Part shown: in pieces, positions 10,212 to 20,012 of the stretch | How positions within the stretch are numbered: the first letter of the stretch is position 1 | Layout of the letters: each line of letters starts with the position of its first letter | Source: an uncultured Chromatiales bacterium | GTDB taxonomy: Bacteria > Pseudomonadota > Gammaproteobacteria > S012-40 | Length of the DNA stretch: 64,000 nt | Assembly (NCBI GenBank): GCA_964442745.1 | Contig: CAYUAI010000011.1 | Span: 4,873 to 68,872, forward strand | Direction: 5' to 3' | Notes under the pieces: model-generated | Database searches by the model: none | Seen by the model: the letters and a program-made list of their open reading frames with translations, nothing else | Told to the model about the DNA's origin: nothing | Program-made: the position numbers and the translations under genes

Positions 10212-12044
10212 ATGATCAATCGCAAACAAGCCTGGTATTTCTATCTTTTTCCATTCTTACATTGGTTGCCAATGTTAAATCGGCAAGCGGTCAAGAGTGA
10301 CCTGATAGCCGGCATGACAGCGGGCGTATTGATTCTACCCCAAAGTATTTCATTAGCTTCGCTGGCAGGGATGCCACCTGAATATGGATTATATACTTCA
10401 ATGTTCCCGGTTATTTTTGCCGCCCTATTCGGCTCTTCCTGGCACGCCATGTCAGGACCCAATACGGCAATCTGTATACTCATCGCCTATTCAATTGCAC
10501 CGTACGCCAGTGTGGCCTCGCCCGAGTGGATCCAGTATGCCATCACTCTGGCGTTTATGGCAGCCATTATACAAATTTCTTTTTCACTACTACGATTTGG
10601 TATCGTCTTTAATTATTTTTCTCAAACGGTCATGGTCGCATTAATTACCGGCGTAGGCATCATTATCATCATTTCTCAGTTAGGCAATTTTATGGGCGTG
10701 CTAATGAACACGGCAGAGCCCATAGAAAATGCATTGCCACAGATTATTTATGCATTGACACGCGCCAACTGGTTTGCGGTGGCCGCAGGAACAATAACCG
10801 TGTTAGCCGGTTTTTTGATTAAGCGTTATCGCCCCCAATGGCCTTTTCTTATTATTGCGGTCGTATCGGGCATGCTGTTTGCGAAGTGTCTTGAGCTTAT
10901 TTTTAGTCCCGCTGCTGTGCAATTTGATAAGCTTGGCATGATGTCATTGTCTGGCTTACCACTTTCGGCACCTGACTTCAGCCCAGAAAACTATGCAGAA
11001 GCTGCACAAGGGCTTTTACCGGCGGCTTTTTCTATCGCGTTTCTTGGACTCATACAAGCCTCGATCATTGCCCGAGCCATGGCTGAAAAATCCGGTCAAC
11101 ATATTGATGTTAATCAAGAGGCACTAGGACAAGGTATCGCCAACCTAGCAGGCAGCTTCTTATCTTGCTTCCCAAGTTGCAGCTCATTTAATCGAAGTGC
11201 CTCAAATTATGAAGCCGGCGCACGTACTCCGCTTTCTGCTTTGATATCGGTGCTGACCTTGGTCGTTATCATTATTTTTGCAACCCCTGTCATTGCTCAC
11301 ATGCCAATCGCCGTAATGTCTGGAGTATTGTTGCTGGTCGGTGCCGGACTAATTAAAAAAAATGATATTATTAAAGTATTCAAAGATAACAAAGAAACCC
11401 GTTTTATCTTTCTACTGACACTCGTGACAACGGTTTACGGTGGACTCGATCATGCCGTATTCCTAGGTATCGCCTTATCGATCATTTCTTATTTGAAAAT
11501 TGCATCCAAACCTAAAATTGAATTACTAAAAGGCAAGGCGGCCAAACCCTATGTGCCCCCGTCAAACTTTCAGCCAACAGCTCGCTCTGTGCCAATCAAG
11601 AATGCGAAAAAACAGAAGCCTCAAACAAAAATGCCTTATCTGGTCAAAAATTTAGTGTTACCCATAGAGAAAAATAACGATTTATTCAATGACTCAGAAA
11701 TAAATATTGAGATACAAAATCCATTTGAGTGTGTGACAGTTTTACAAATTTCAGGCAGTATTTTTTTTGGGTCCACACACCAAATCGAACAAGCTTTCAC
11801 CCATTTAAATACACAGGACTCAAGAAAAAAAGATCTCATTATTTCAGCCGAAAATATCCAATACCTGGACATCAGCGGCGCAGAAACACTAAAAAGAGAA
11901 GCTGAAAAACGTAAAATCAATGGTGCTCAAGTTTCAATTTGGTTACGCAACCACAGCCTGGATCAAGTGCTTTTAAACAGCGGCCTGATAAATGTTGTCG
12001 GCAAAGATAATATATATTACGTACCCATCGCGGCCTGGATTTAG
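10212..12044 (+). CDS. SulP-family anion (sulfate/bicarbonate) transporter with a C-terminal STAS domain. The true start may be the internal Met near 10272.
   Basis: Multi-TM SulP core with a C-terminal STAS-like domain (VLQISGSIFFGS...). A Lys/Pro-rich linker (KPKIELLKGKAAKPYVPP...KKQKPQTK) lies between the TM and STAS domains. Confidence 0.8.
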   Translation: MINRKQAWYFYLFPFLHWLPMLNRQAVKSDLIAGMTAGVLILPQSISLASLAGMPPEYGLYTSMFPVIFAALFGSSWHAMSGPNTAICILIAYSIAPYASVASPEWIQYAITLAFMAAIIQISFSLLRFGIVFNYFSQTVMVALITGVGIIIIISQLGNFMGVLMNTAEPIENALPQIIYALTRANWFAVAAGTITVLAGFLIKRYRPQWPFLIIAVVSGMLFAKCLELIFSPAAVQFDKLGMMSLSGLPLSAPDFSPENYAEAAQGLLPAAFSIAFLGLIQASIIARAMAEKSGQHIDVNQEALGQGIANLAGSFLSCFPSCSSFNRSASNYEAGARTPLSALISVLTLVVIIIFATPVIAHMPIAVMSGVLLLVGAGLIKKNDIIKVFKDNKETRFIFLLTLVTTVYGGLDHAVFLGIALSIISYLKIASKPKIELLKGKAAKPYVPPSNFQPTARSVPIKNAKKQKPQTKMPYLVKNLVLPIEKNNDLFNDSEINIEIQNPFECVTVLQISGSIFFGSTHQIEQAFTHLNTQDSRKKDLIISAENIQYLDISGAETLKREAEKRKINGAQVSIWLRNHSLDQVLLNSGLINVVGKDNIYYVPIAAWI

Positions 12045-12102
12045 CCATAGGTATGTAAGAAAAATCATTAAATATATCTCTTTATCTTCTTTTATCCAGG
12101 TC

Positions 12103-12128
12103 GTGTGGATTAAGCGCAGAAAATCCAC
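12103..12128. repeat. REP-like hairpin (GTGGATTAAGCGCAG..AATCCAC), family 1, at the left edge of the AT-rich island
   Basis: The same hairpin core recurs at 20048, 20165, 20936, 21055 and 36097. Confidence 0.4.
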
Positions 12129-12495
12129 AGCCATGAGCGACGTCATAAGATTTCAATATCGCCTTGAAATAATGATAATTCCAAGGTGCATTAATCTGTT
12201 AATTATAGCAAAAGAAAATGGCAACAATTTTGACAAAAAAACAATCAATATAGAGTGCCTGTAATTGCTTTAACTTAACATAGAATCAAGGTCATACCTT
12301 ATTTAGAAAGCATCTATCCTCGTCATATTTATCGATATATCGACAACAGAAGTTCATGGCTTTAATTTATAAGTTTGACGACTGGATCTCAAATTACACC
12401 TACACTCCAAAGAATTCAAAAATTAAAACGATACATCTTTAGTTAAAGGATTTTAATTAGCTATTAAATTTTATGATCTGCGGGAGTTTGACTAA

Positions 12496-14214
12496 ATGTC
12501 ATCAGATAGTTTCGATATTTTTAGACTATGGCCAAATTTTAGTAGCCTATTCGATTCACAAGCTTTTGGAACAGAAGCCTTTAGTGCGTTGATTGTCGCT
12601 ATACTGTTTGCGATTTTCATTATATTTTCAACATACAGTCTTGTGCAATATTTTAGAGCAAATAAACACATAAAATTACTCTCAAAACTTATTGATAATC
12701 CATCAGGAGAGATACATCACCAAAGACGGCTCTTAAAAAAACAAGCGATAAAAAAAGGCAACATGGGCAAACTCTGGCTGGAATTTGATGGCACGTTAGT
12801 TGAGCACCCTATTGACAAAAAACCTTGCAATACTTTAAATGCCTCTCATTTTTTTAATGCGCATTCACTCGCACCTGGCATCACCGAGAATCGTTTGTTA
12901 GCCGCCGTTCCTGGTTTCCTAACAGCATTAGGCGTCATCGGCACCTTTGCTGGTTTACAAATGGGACTAACGGGAATCAATCTTAGCGGTAGTGTTAACG
13001 ATATGAGAACGGGTATCACGACCGTTATTGATAGCGCATCAATAGCCTTTTTAACTTCGGTATGGGGCATCTTAACGAGCGTTGTATTCAACCTTTATGA
13101 AAAAATACTCGAACGAAGGATTAAAGATAAAATTCGTCAACTGCAAAATAAAATCGATTTTCTCTTTCCTCGAATCAATGCCGAGCAATCACTGATAGCT
13201 ATCGCTAATTCAGCCGAAGCTTCACAGGATACTTTAAATGGTTTAGCGGAAAAAATCGGTGACAAAATGCAAGAAGCTGTTTCGGGTATTAGCTCAGGTA
13301 TTCAGTATGGTATTGAACAGAGCATGGGCTCTGCCGTAGACAAGTTAGTCGTCGCGGCTGATCAGTTATCAGACAAACAAGCGGGTGGAACACAACACGC
13401 ATTAGAAGAATTGGTCGCTAAATTTATCACCCATGTTAGTGAAGCTGGTAAATCCCAACGTGACATAATGAACAGTGCAACTTCTGATTTTAAAGCAACA
13501 ATTAAAGGTTGGCAAGGTAACATGCAAACATTAGCAGATCATATGGAAAGCCAACAATCATCATCAGCTCAACAAGAACAGTCACGTATTGAATCCATGC
13601 AAACGATGCTCAATCAGAATAGCCGCTTATATGAGTCCTTTGAAAACATAGCCGACAAGTTATCTAATGCTTCGAGTATATTGAATGATTTTTCTAAACA
13701 AGTTGTGACAGCAACCAGCCATATGGGACAGGCAGGCATGAGTGTTGAACAAGCCGCTAAAGCCATGAATAATGAAATACGTGTGGCCGTGCAAACTACT
13801 ACGCACCTGGCTGAAGAAAATACTAAAGTGGCTCAACAAGAAGTCGCGCTACTCGAAGTGATTAATGAACTAAATACCCAACTTTCATCCACCTCAGACA
13901 ATGTTTCTAAATTCATGAATCTTTCTGGCACAATATTTGAAAAAATGCAAGACTCTCAAGTATCTTTCCAGCAAAGTATGGAACAAAATGTCACAAACTA
14001 TAGAACGTCTATCCATCAGCAAATTGAAGAATTTAGCAAGAAGGTCTCTGGGTTTTTACATCAATATACTCAAGAGGTTGAATCACAGACATCAAGCCGA
14101 TTGGGTACCTGGAATAAACAAACGGAAGATTACAGCAAATCCATGATTAATGTTGTCAATGCAATGCAGTGTCTCATTGATGAAGTTGAATCTAAAACGA
14201 AAGCGGTGGCCTAA
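12496..14214 (+). CDS. zorA: ZorA-like protein: MotA/ExbB-family proton-channel membrane domain with a long C-terminal coiled-coil tail (Zorya anti-phage system component A)
   Basis: Three TM helices including the MotA/ExbB-like LAAVPGFLTALGVIGTFAGLQMGL segment, then about 370 aa of low-complexity predicted helix (Q/S/E-rich). GGGAG RBS; tightly coupled (3-bp gap) to a MotB-like gene. Confidence 0.7.
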   Translation: MSSDSFDIFRLWPNFSSLFDSQAFGTEAFSALIVAILFAIFIIFSTYSLVQYFRANKHIKLLSKLIDNPSGEIHHQRRLLKKQAIKKGNMGKLWLEFDGTLVEHPIDKKPCNTLNASHFFNAHSLAPGITENRLLAAVPGFLTALGVIGTFAGLQMGLTGINLSGSVNDMRTGITTVIDSASIAFLTSVWGILTSVVFNLYEKILERRIKDKIRQLQNKIDFLFPRINAEQSLIAIANSAEASQDTLNGLAEKIGDKMQEAVSGISSGIQYGIEQSMGSAVDKLVVAADQLSDKQAGGTQHALEELVAKFITHVSEAGKSQRDIMNSATSDFKATIKGWQGNMQTLADHMESQQSSSAQQEQSRIESMQTMLNQNSRLYESFENIADKLSNASSILNDFSKQVVTATSHMGQAGMSVEQAAKAMNNEIRVAVQTTTHLAEENTKVAQQEVALLEVINELNTQLSSTSDNVSKFMNLSGTIFEKMQDSQVSFQQSMEQNVTNYRTSIHQQIEEFSKKVSGFLHQYTQEVESQTSSRLGTWNKQTEDYSKSMINVVNAMQCLIDEVESKTKAVA

Positions 14215-14217
14215 ATT

Positions 14218-14946
14218 ATGGCATCATTTAATCAAAATGTACCATCAAAAGTTGATGAAGAAAACCCGTATTGGATATCATTCTCCGATATCATGGCCGG
14301 TCTATTGGTTATCTTTATTTTAGCTACGCTGCAATTGATTATAGAATTATCAGAACAACAAGATAAAGTGGAAACAGCCATTAATGAAGTGAAACGTGCT
14401 AATCAAGTGAAAAGTGAAATTTTACATGAAGTGAAGTTAGCGCTGGATAAAGCTGGGATAACGGTTGAAATTAGTGATAATACAGCCATTATCCATATTC
14501 CGAGAAATACCTTGACATTTCCTAATAACAGCGCACGTATCCCCACAGAACAAAAGAACGATATAAAAATTATTGGTGAGATATTATATACATCGATAGT
14601 ACAAAACAATCGTGATCAGTATATTGACACAATTTTTATTGAAGGTCATACCGATAGCCGCAGATCTCATTATAAAGGCACTGGAAATTGGGGATTATCA
14701 GCAGATCGAGCCATATCAATATGGCGATTCTGGGAAAGCGAGCAGAGCACACAATCATTGTGGATGTTAAATAATTTTCGTGGAGAAAAAATGTTTTCCG
14801 TCAGTGGCTATGCCGCAACCCGACTCTTGAGTCACCATAATGAGACTGAAGAGCAACATGAAAAAAATCGACGCATTGATATTCGCTTTACAATGAAACA
14901 GCCAAAATTAATTGACTTTGAAAATATCAATCAAATATTAAAATAA
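14218..14946 (+). CDS. zorB: ZorB-like protein: MotB-like membrane anchor with an OmpA-like peptidoglycan-binding domain
   Basis: N-terminal TM with the conserved Asp (WISFSDIMAGLLVIFIL) typical of the MotB/ExbD plug-TM. C-terminal OmpA-like motif (IEGHTDS...GNWGLSADRA). Confidence 0.75.
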   Translation: MASFNQNVPSKVDEENPYWISFSDIMAGLLVIFILATLQLIIELSEQQDKVETAINEVKRANQVKSEILHEVKLALDKAGITVEISDNTAIIHIPRNTLTFPNNSARIPTEQKNDIKIIGEILYTSIVQNNRDQYIDTIFIEGHTDSRRSHYKGTGNWGLSADRAISIWRFWESEQSTQSLWMLNNFRGEKMFSVSGYAATRLLSHHNETEEQHEKNRRIDIRFTMKQPKLIDFENINQILK

Positions 14947-14949
14947 TCC

Positions 14950-16452
14950 ATGATAAAAATTCCTACCATCAATATCAATTTTACGAATATCGTAACCGAT
15001 AATAGCCAGCTACTTTACCAGTCAATGACCAGCCATTTAAATACCATTGCAGGTTTGTCTGGCAGTACTTCTGACATATTTTCCCAAAGCTGTGAAAAAA
15101 TTCGTTCCATCGCGTTTGCTGAAGACACAAATATTATTGACGCGCTGCATATCCCGCGAGACATACGCGCTATTATTCAACTTTGGCGTACCGATGACGA
15201 TTTTTTAGAAAAGAAAAAAGTAAGTTCATCCATTCTCAGTCATTTTCGTACGATTAGAAAAAAACAAAGTATCATTGCTTTTTATGCACTGGTGCAATTG
15301 TATTTTGAAAAATATGATGAATGTGGTGATATCAATCGTTTATCAAATTTTTTACACGAAGAGTTTACACGACAAGAGGGTCGATCGCTATCAACAGAGA
15401 TGGAAAAAATTGCGGAGCATAAAGATTTTATATTTTGCAATAATAGTCATGAAGCCGTTGTTGCATTAGCTAATCAACGACAACAAAGTCTAGATGATGC
15501 ATTACAATCGATTGGTGTTAACATTTCAAGGGAAAGTCGTTTTTCACAGCAATGTATGGCTCAATACTATATTGATACCTTAAAAAAATTACACCCACAT
15601 GAGGACACCCAGCTATTCCAAGAAATAACTCAGCCACGAATTTATAATAGTCCCTATGGTGAAGGAACACGCTTGGGACATAAAATAATCCAAGCGATTA
15701 TCGACAACGTTAAAGATAACGGTTTTGAGATTCCTGAGATATGGCTACAAGCCATTATAACCATTGCTGGTGATCCAAGAGTACCTATCTCATCAAAATC
15801 CTATCAAACATGGTGGATGATTCTTCCCAAGTATTGTGATCGAATGATTCGTCAATGGTTAAGCCGTGTTGACTTAGCCTTGTTTTTTGAGGTACTCGAA
15901 GAACATGCAAATCGCAGCAGCAATATGGAATTGCAACGAATGTATCCTGCGCGAAAGATTTTTTTAGAAGGGCTTTATAAACAAAATTTAATCAGTTATT
16001 CAAAGCTTTTCATTGGTAATAGCGCCGTTAAATTTTTAAAGGAAAACTACAATCAAGAACAATTACCCGTATATTACACGCTAAAAGATCGTGACAAATC
16101 CATTATTTATCTTAACATCAATGGAATACATATTGTCGAGGGATCACATAATTTTTGTTTCTGGATCTATGATAAATTACCTGATGATAACCCCATTGAT
16201 AATGATTTTTCTGAAAATATAGCACCCATTGATCTGAGCGGAAATTTAAAAAAACGCTATAAGATGATGTTGCATTATAATAGCAGTTATGTCAACAATC
16301 CGTTTCCTTTACAGATAAGGCATCAGCCACATCTAACTTGGCAACATAAAGTGATTCAAGGATTGCAAGGTTTAGACATACCTATTAAAGTCGAAGAGAT
16401 GTTTTCCAGTACTGATTACCGTGATTACCAACGTTGCTATGGACGATATTGA
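14950..16452 (+). CDS. zorC: ZorC-like protein (soluble, no recognizable domain; position and size match Zorya type I ZorC)
   Basis: 500-aa ORF with its start 3 bp after the zorB stop. Assigned by operon context only. Confidence 0.5.
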   Translation: MIKIPTININFTNIVTDNSQLLYQSMTSHLNTIAGLSGSTSDIFSQSCEKIRSIAFAEDTNIIDALHIPRDIRAIIQLWRTDDDFLEKKKVSSSILSHFRTIRKKQSIIAFYALVQLYFEKYDECGDINRLSNFLHEEFTRQEGRSLSTEMEKIAEHKDFIFCNNSHEAVVALANQRQQSLDDALQSIGVNISRESRFSQQCMAQYYIDTLKKLHPHEDTQLFQEITQPRIYNSPYGEGTRLGHKIIQAIIDNVKDNGFEIPEIWLQAIITIAGDPRVPISSKSYQTWWMILPKYCDRMIRQWLSRVDLALFFEVLEEHANRSSNMELQRMYPARKIFLEGLYKQNLISYSKLFIGNSAVKFLKENYNQEQLPVYYTLKDRDKSIIYLNINGIHIVEGSHNFCFWIYDKLPDDNPIDNDFSENIAPIDLSGNLKKRYKMMLHYNSSYVNNPFPLQIRHQPHLTWQHKVIQGLQGLDIPIKVEEMFSSTDYRDYQRCYGRY

Positions 16453-16454
16453 CA

Positions 16455-19400
16455 ATGGCTATTTGGGATATTATAAAATCAATCGTTGGTAATAATTCTC
16501 AGGAAACCTTATTTTCTATTGAACCTGATACTCACGGCCTATCTTTAGTATTGCCAACTGACTTGATGGATCATTGTCAATTGGGCTCGGCAAGTCCTTG
16601 GTTACTAAATCAGTTTATTCATTTACAAATGCTGACAGAAGAAGGCATTGCTGAGCCGCGTGAGAGTGGATTTTTTATTTTCACCGAAGAAGCTGTCAGA
16701 CTAGAGAATGATCTTAAATATCTATTGCAATTCCCACCACCGTGGCCGGGACAATTTAATGTCAGCTATAAAAATCACACCACCTCCAATGGCTTTGATA
16801 TCGCATTACAGCTCATTGATACCGATGGTGAAAAAACGGAATGCTATCAGGTAAAAGGTCCTCTGATTATCCTCGCTGAGACCGAAATCTACTTACCAAG
16901 CATCGAGCAATGGATAGCGATTGAGGCAATAGAAAAGCACAAAATGCTATCGACAAATGAGCGCAGCGAGTATGCTAATCTACTCGCCATCGACCAATTG
17001 CAGCAAGCTAAACAAGCCGGTGCGACAATAAATCTCAGGCATTTTAACGATATTGATACGCTAAACCCTAAGCAGATCACCGTATCTGGATTGACTCGTG
17101 ATAATGGTGATCTTGAACTGGTGCCTACATTTGACGGACTAACGGATATTGATGCCATTCGAACTCGATTGTGGCAAGTGACGGACGGTCATCAAGCCAC
17201 CAGTATTCGTGTTAAAAACAAAATTGTCTTGCTTAATGAAAAAAAACTGAAAGCGACTCAAGAAATAATCAATCACAACATTATCCCCAAGGAACAAATA
17301 GCAACTTTTCTCAAAACACCTTCTGCCTTTTTAAATGCCGCACTGGTTGATCTCGACTCAGGTTTTTCATTGCGTGTGTTAGGTGCCACGAAATTTAAAC
17401 ATGCTTATTTTGGGGATACCGATGAGGCAAATATTGACTGGTTTTCCAGCAAATATGAAAATACCTCGATCATCATGCCGAATAAACTTGAGAGTATCAT
17501 CAAATCAGAAGATGAGTTAACCCAGTTTAATCAACTTTTAGTCGATGCACAACAAAGTGGTGCAGAACAAATCGTTTTTAAAAAACATACCGTCGATGTG
17601 AGTGACACCCAGGCAATCCAACAGGCCATCATTGATATTTCCGAACAATTAAATGCCCGGCAGGATGAAAAACATGAGGCAGATGAGGTAGAAGAGACAG
17701 CAAGTGAATTTGTTACCACCGTGGTTGATATCAAAGATAATGATTTAGAAGTTAATTTTGGAAAAAACAATAACTCGATACAAGCATCTTATGAGGATGA
17801 TATTGACTGGAAACGTTATAAGCGCACGCCTTTCCATTATCAGGAAACGGGAATTCGTTGGATCTTGGGGTTGGCCGAGCCATCATTGAATGAAGTGACT
17901 AATCAATACGGTGGACTACTCGCCGATGACATGGGTCTTGGCAAAACATTTATGTCATTAGTCGCGATTAGTGAATATCAATCTTTATTAAAAAAGAAAG
18001 CCATGACTGAATGTCCAGTGCTTGTTGTTGCGCCTTTATCTTTATTAGCGACTTGGCAAAAAGAGGCCGAATTAACCTATCATGACAGTCCCTTTGATGA
18101 CATCGTGGTACTACAATCCAACGCTGACTTAAATCAATTCAAAGTGACGGGTGCTAGCATTGAAACGCATCAAGCGAAAGAGACTGATTTAGACAACATT
18201 CGATATGCGCTAAAAGTAGGTAGCCACTATGGAAACAATCGGCTTGACCAACCTAGACGATTAATATTAACCACTTACCAAGCCATGAGAGATTACCAGT
18301 TTTCGCTTTGTCGAATTGACTGGTCGATGGTCATATTTGATGAAGCACAATTGATTAAAAACCCAAATACATTAGCTTCGCGAGCAGCGAAAGCGTTAAA
18401 AGCAAAATTCAAACTCGTGGCCACTGGCACGCCCGTAGAAAACAGTCTCTGTGATTTTTGGTGTTTAATGGATACCGCAATACCCGGCTTGCTTGGTTCT
18501 TACCAAGATTTTCGCAAGACTTATGTGCAACCCATATTATCGGCTAAAGATGATCAACGGCAACGCAAAGAACAAATTGGTAAACAATTACGCCAACATG
18601 TGGGTGCATTTATGTTACGTCGAATTAAAGAAGATCAACTCGAAGGTTTACCCACCAAAACAATCTATGTCGGTGATCGCGAAGCGATGGGTACGGAAAA
18701 ATATATGCCTGAGATTTATTGTACAATGCAGTCAGAACAACATCAGCGTTATGATACCGTAGTTTCTTATGTGAATGAGCAACAAATGGAAACCAGTGGA
18801 AATGTTGTTTTACAAGGATTACATCGTTTACGGGATCTTTCGTTACACCCCAAATTAATGGATCAAGGTAAGTTGCTTCCACCGACAAATCGCAAGGAAG
18901 CAAAGCAATCAATTGAACAATCAGCTAAATTAAAACATGTATTTAAACTTTTAGAACAAGTTAAAGAAAGAGATGAGAAAGTGATTATATTTCTCATTAA
19001 CAAGCGATTACAGGCTTTTTTGAAAGTGGCTTGTGAGCGTATCTTTGATATTACTGTGGCAATCATTAATGGTGACACTCAAGCCATCGCTAAAAAATCG
19101 TCTACTGAAACCCGTCAATCCATGATTCAAGCGTTCGAGAAAAAAACTGGATTTGGTATCATTATTATGTCACCCGTAGCCGCAGGAATGGGTTTAACTG
19201 TGGTCGCCGCTAATAATGTGATTCATTTGGAAAGACATTGGAATCCTGCCAAAGAGGCTCAAGCCACCGACAGAGTATATCGCATCGGTCAAACACGTGC
19301 GGTTAACGTTTACCTACCCATTCTTCAACATCCTGATCTAAACATTAACTCCTTTGATGTCAACTTGAATCGTCTGTTAAACCAAAAATGTGCGCTAAAA

Positions 19401-19931
19401 GATGCCATCATTACACCCGAAACTGCCACCGGATCAGAGATGTCGGTAACGTTTGGTCACGGCGTCAAGCAAGCGATAACAACAAAGTTTAACAGAGAAA
19501 ATCTCACGCAACTGACTTGGCAACAATTTGAAGCACTGACCGCTGAACTATTAGCCAAGTCTTATACTGGAGAAGCTCAACTGACGCAACAAGGTGCCGA
19601 CGGCGGAATTGATGTGGTTATACGTAGCAAAACCAAAAATCTATTGGTTCAATGTAAACACACTTCACGCAACAAAAAAATGCGTTCGCAAGAGGCTCTC
19701 AAAGAACTGGTTTATGCACGAACTCATTATAATAAAGCGTTTAATCAAGAATTTGATACTTTAGTATTCGTCACTAATGCCAAGAATTTTTCAACCAAGG
19801 TAAAAAGTGCAGCCAATCAGCACGAAATAACATTGATCGATTTAATCAGTTTATCCAAATTGCTTGATGAATACCCAGTGACAGAGCGTGACATTCTTAC
19901 TCGACTCGACAAACCACGTCTTGCTATCTAA
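16455..19931 (+). CDS. zorD: ZorD-like protein: large SNF2-family helicase/ATPase with a C-terminal Mrr-type PD-(D/E)xK restriction-endonuclease domain. An alternative start at 16434 overlaps zorC.
   Basis: SNF2 N-domain motifs (LLADDMGLGKT, DEAQ box in MVIFDEAQLIKN, TGTPVEN) and helicase-C motifs (QATDRVYRIGQTR). The last about 120 aa match the Mrr catalytic core (GADGGIDVV...LLVQCKH...VFVTN). Confidence 0.7.
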   Translation: MAIWDIIKSIVGNNSQETLFSIEPDTHGLSLVLPTDLMDHCQLGSASPWLLNQFIHLQMLTEEGIAEPRESGFFIFTEEAVRLENDLKYLLQFPPPWPGQFNVSYKNHTTSNGFDIALQLIDTDGEKTECYQVKGPLIILAETEIYLPSIEQWIAIEAIEKHKMLSTNERSEYANLLAIDQLQQAKQAGATINLRHFNDIDTLNPKQITVSGLTRDNGDLELVPTFDGLTDIDAIRTRLWQVTDGHQATSIRVKNKIVLLNEKKLKATQEIINHNIIPKEQIATFLKTPSAFLNAALVDLDSGFSLRVLGATKFKHAYFGDTDEANIDWFSSKYENTSIIMPNKLESIIKSEDELTQFNQLLVDAQQSGAEQIVFKKHTVDVSDTQAIQQAIIDISEQLNARQDEKHEADEVEETASEFVTTVVDIKDNDLEVNFGKNNNSIQASYEDDIDWKRYKRTPFHYQETGIRWILGLAEPSLNEVTNQYGGLLADDMGLGKTFMSLVAISEYQSLLKKKAMTECPVLVVAPLSLLATWQKEAELTYHDSPFDDIVVLQSNADLNQFKVTGASIETHQAKETDLDNIRYALKVGSHYGNNRLDQPRRLILTTYQAMRDYQFSLCRIDWSMVIFDEAQLIKNPNTLASRAAKALKAKFKLVATGTPVENSLCDFWCLMDTAIPGLLGSYQDFRKTYVQPILSAKDDQRQRKEQIGKQLRQHVGAFMLRRIKEDQLEGLPTKTIYVGDREAMGTEKYMPEIYCTMQSEQHQRYDTVVSYVNEQQMETSGNVVLQGLHRLRDLSLHPKLMDQGKLLPPTNRKEAKQSIEQSAKLKHVFKLLEQVKERDEKVIIFLINKRLQAFLKVACERIFDITVAIINGDTQAIAKKSSTETRQSMIQAFEKKTGFGIIIMSPVAAGMGLTVVAANNVIHLERHWNPAKEAQATDRVYRIGQTRAVNVYLPILQHPDLNINSFDVNLNRLLNQKCALKDAIITPETATGSEMSVTFGHGVKQAITTKFNRENLTQLTWQQFEALTAELLAKSYTGEAQLTQQGADGGIDVVIRSKTKNLLVQCKHTSRNKKMRSQEALKELVYARTHYNKAFNQEFDTLVFVTNAKNFSTKVKSAANQHEITLIDLISLSKLLDEYPVTERDILTRLDKPRLAI

Positions 19932-20012
19932 CAATATTGAGGTCAAATCTTTACTTTTACTATTTTATCACCCATGATTGCTTGATAGAGATATTGTTAC
20001 GTATTTATTATA

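Noticed and set aside
11992-12264. 90-aa ORF overlapping the sulP 3' end and the island boundary.
   Set aside because: Low-complexity translation with no RBS, and it overlaps the REP hairpin. Probably spurious.
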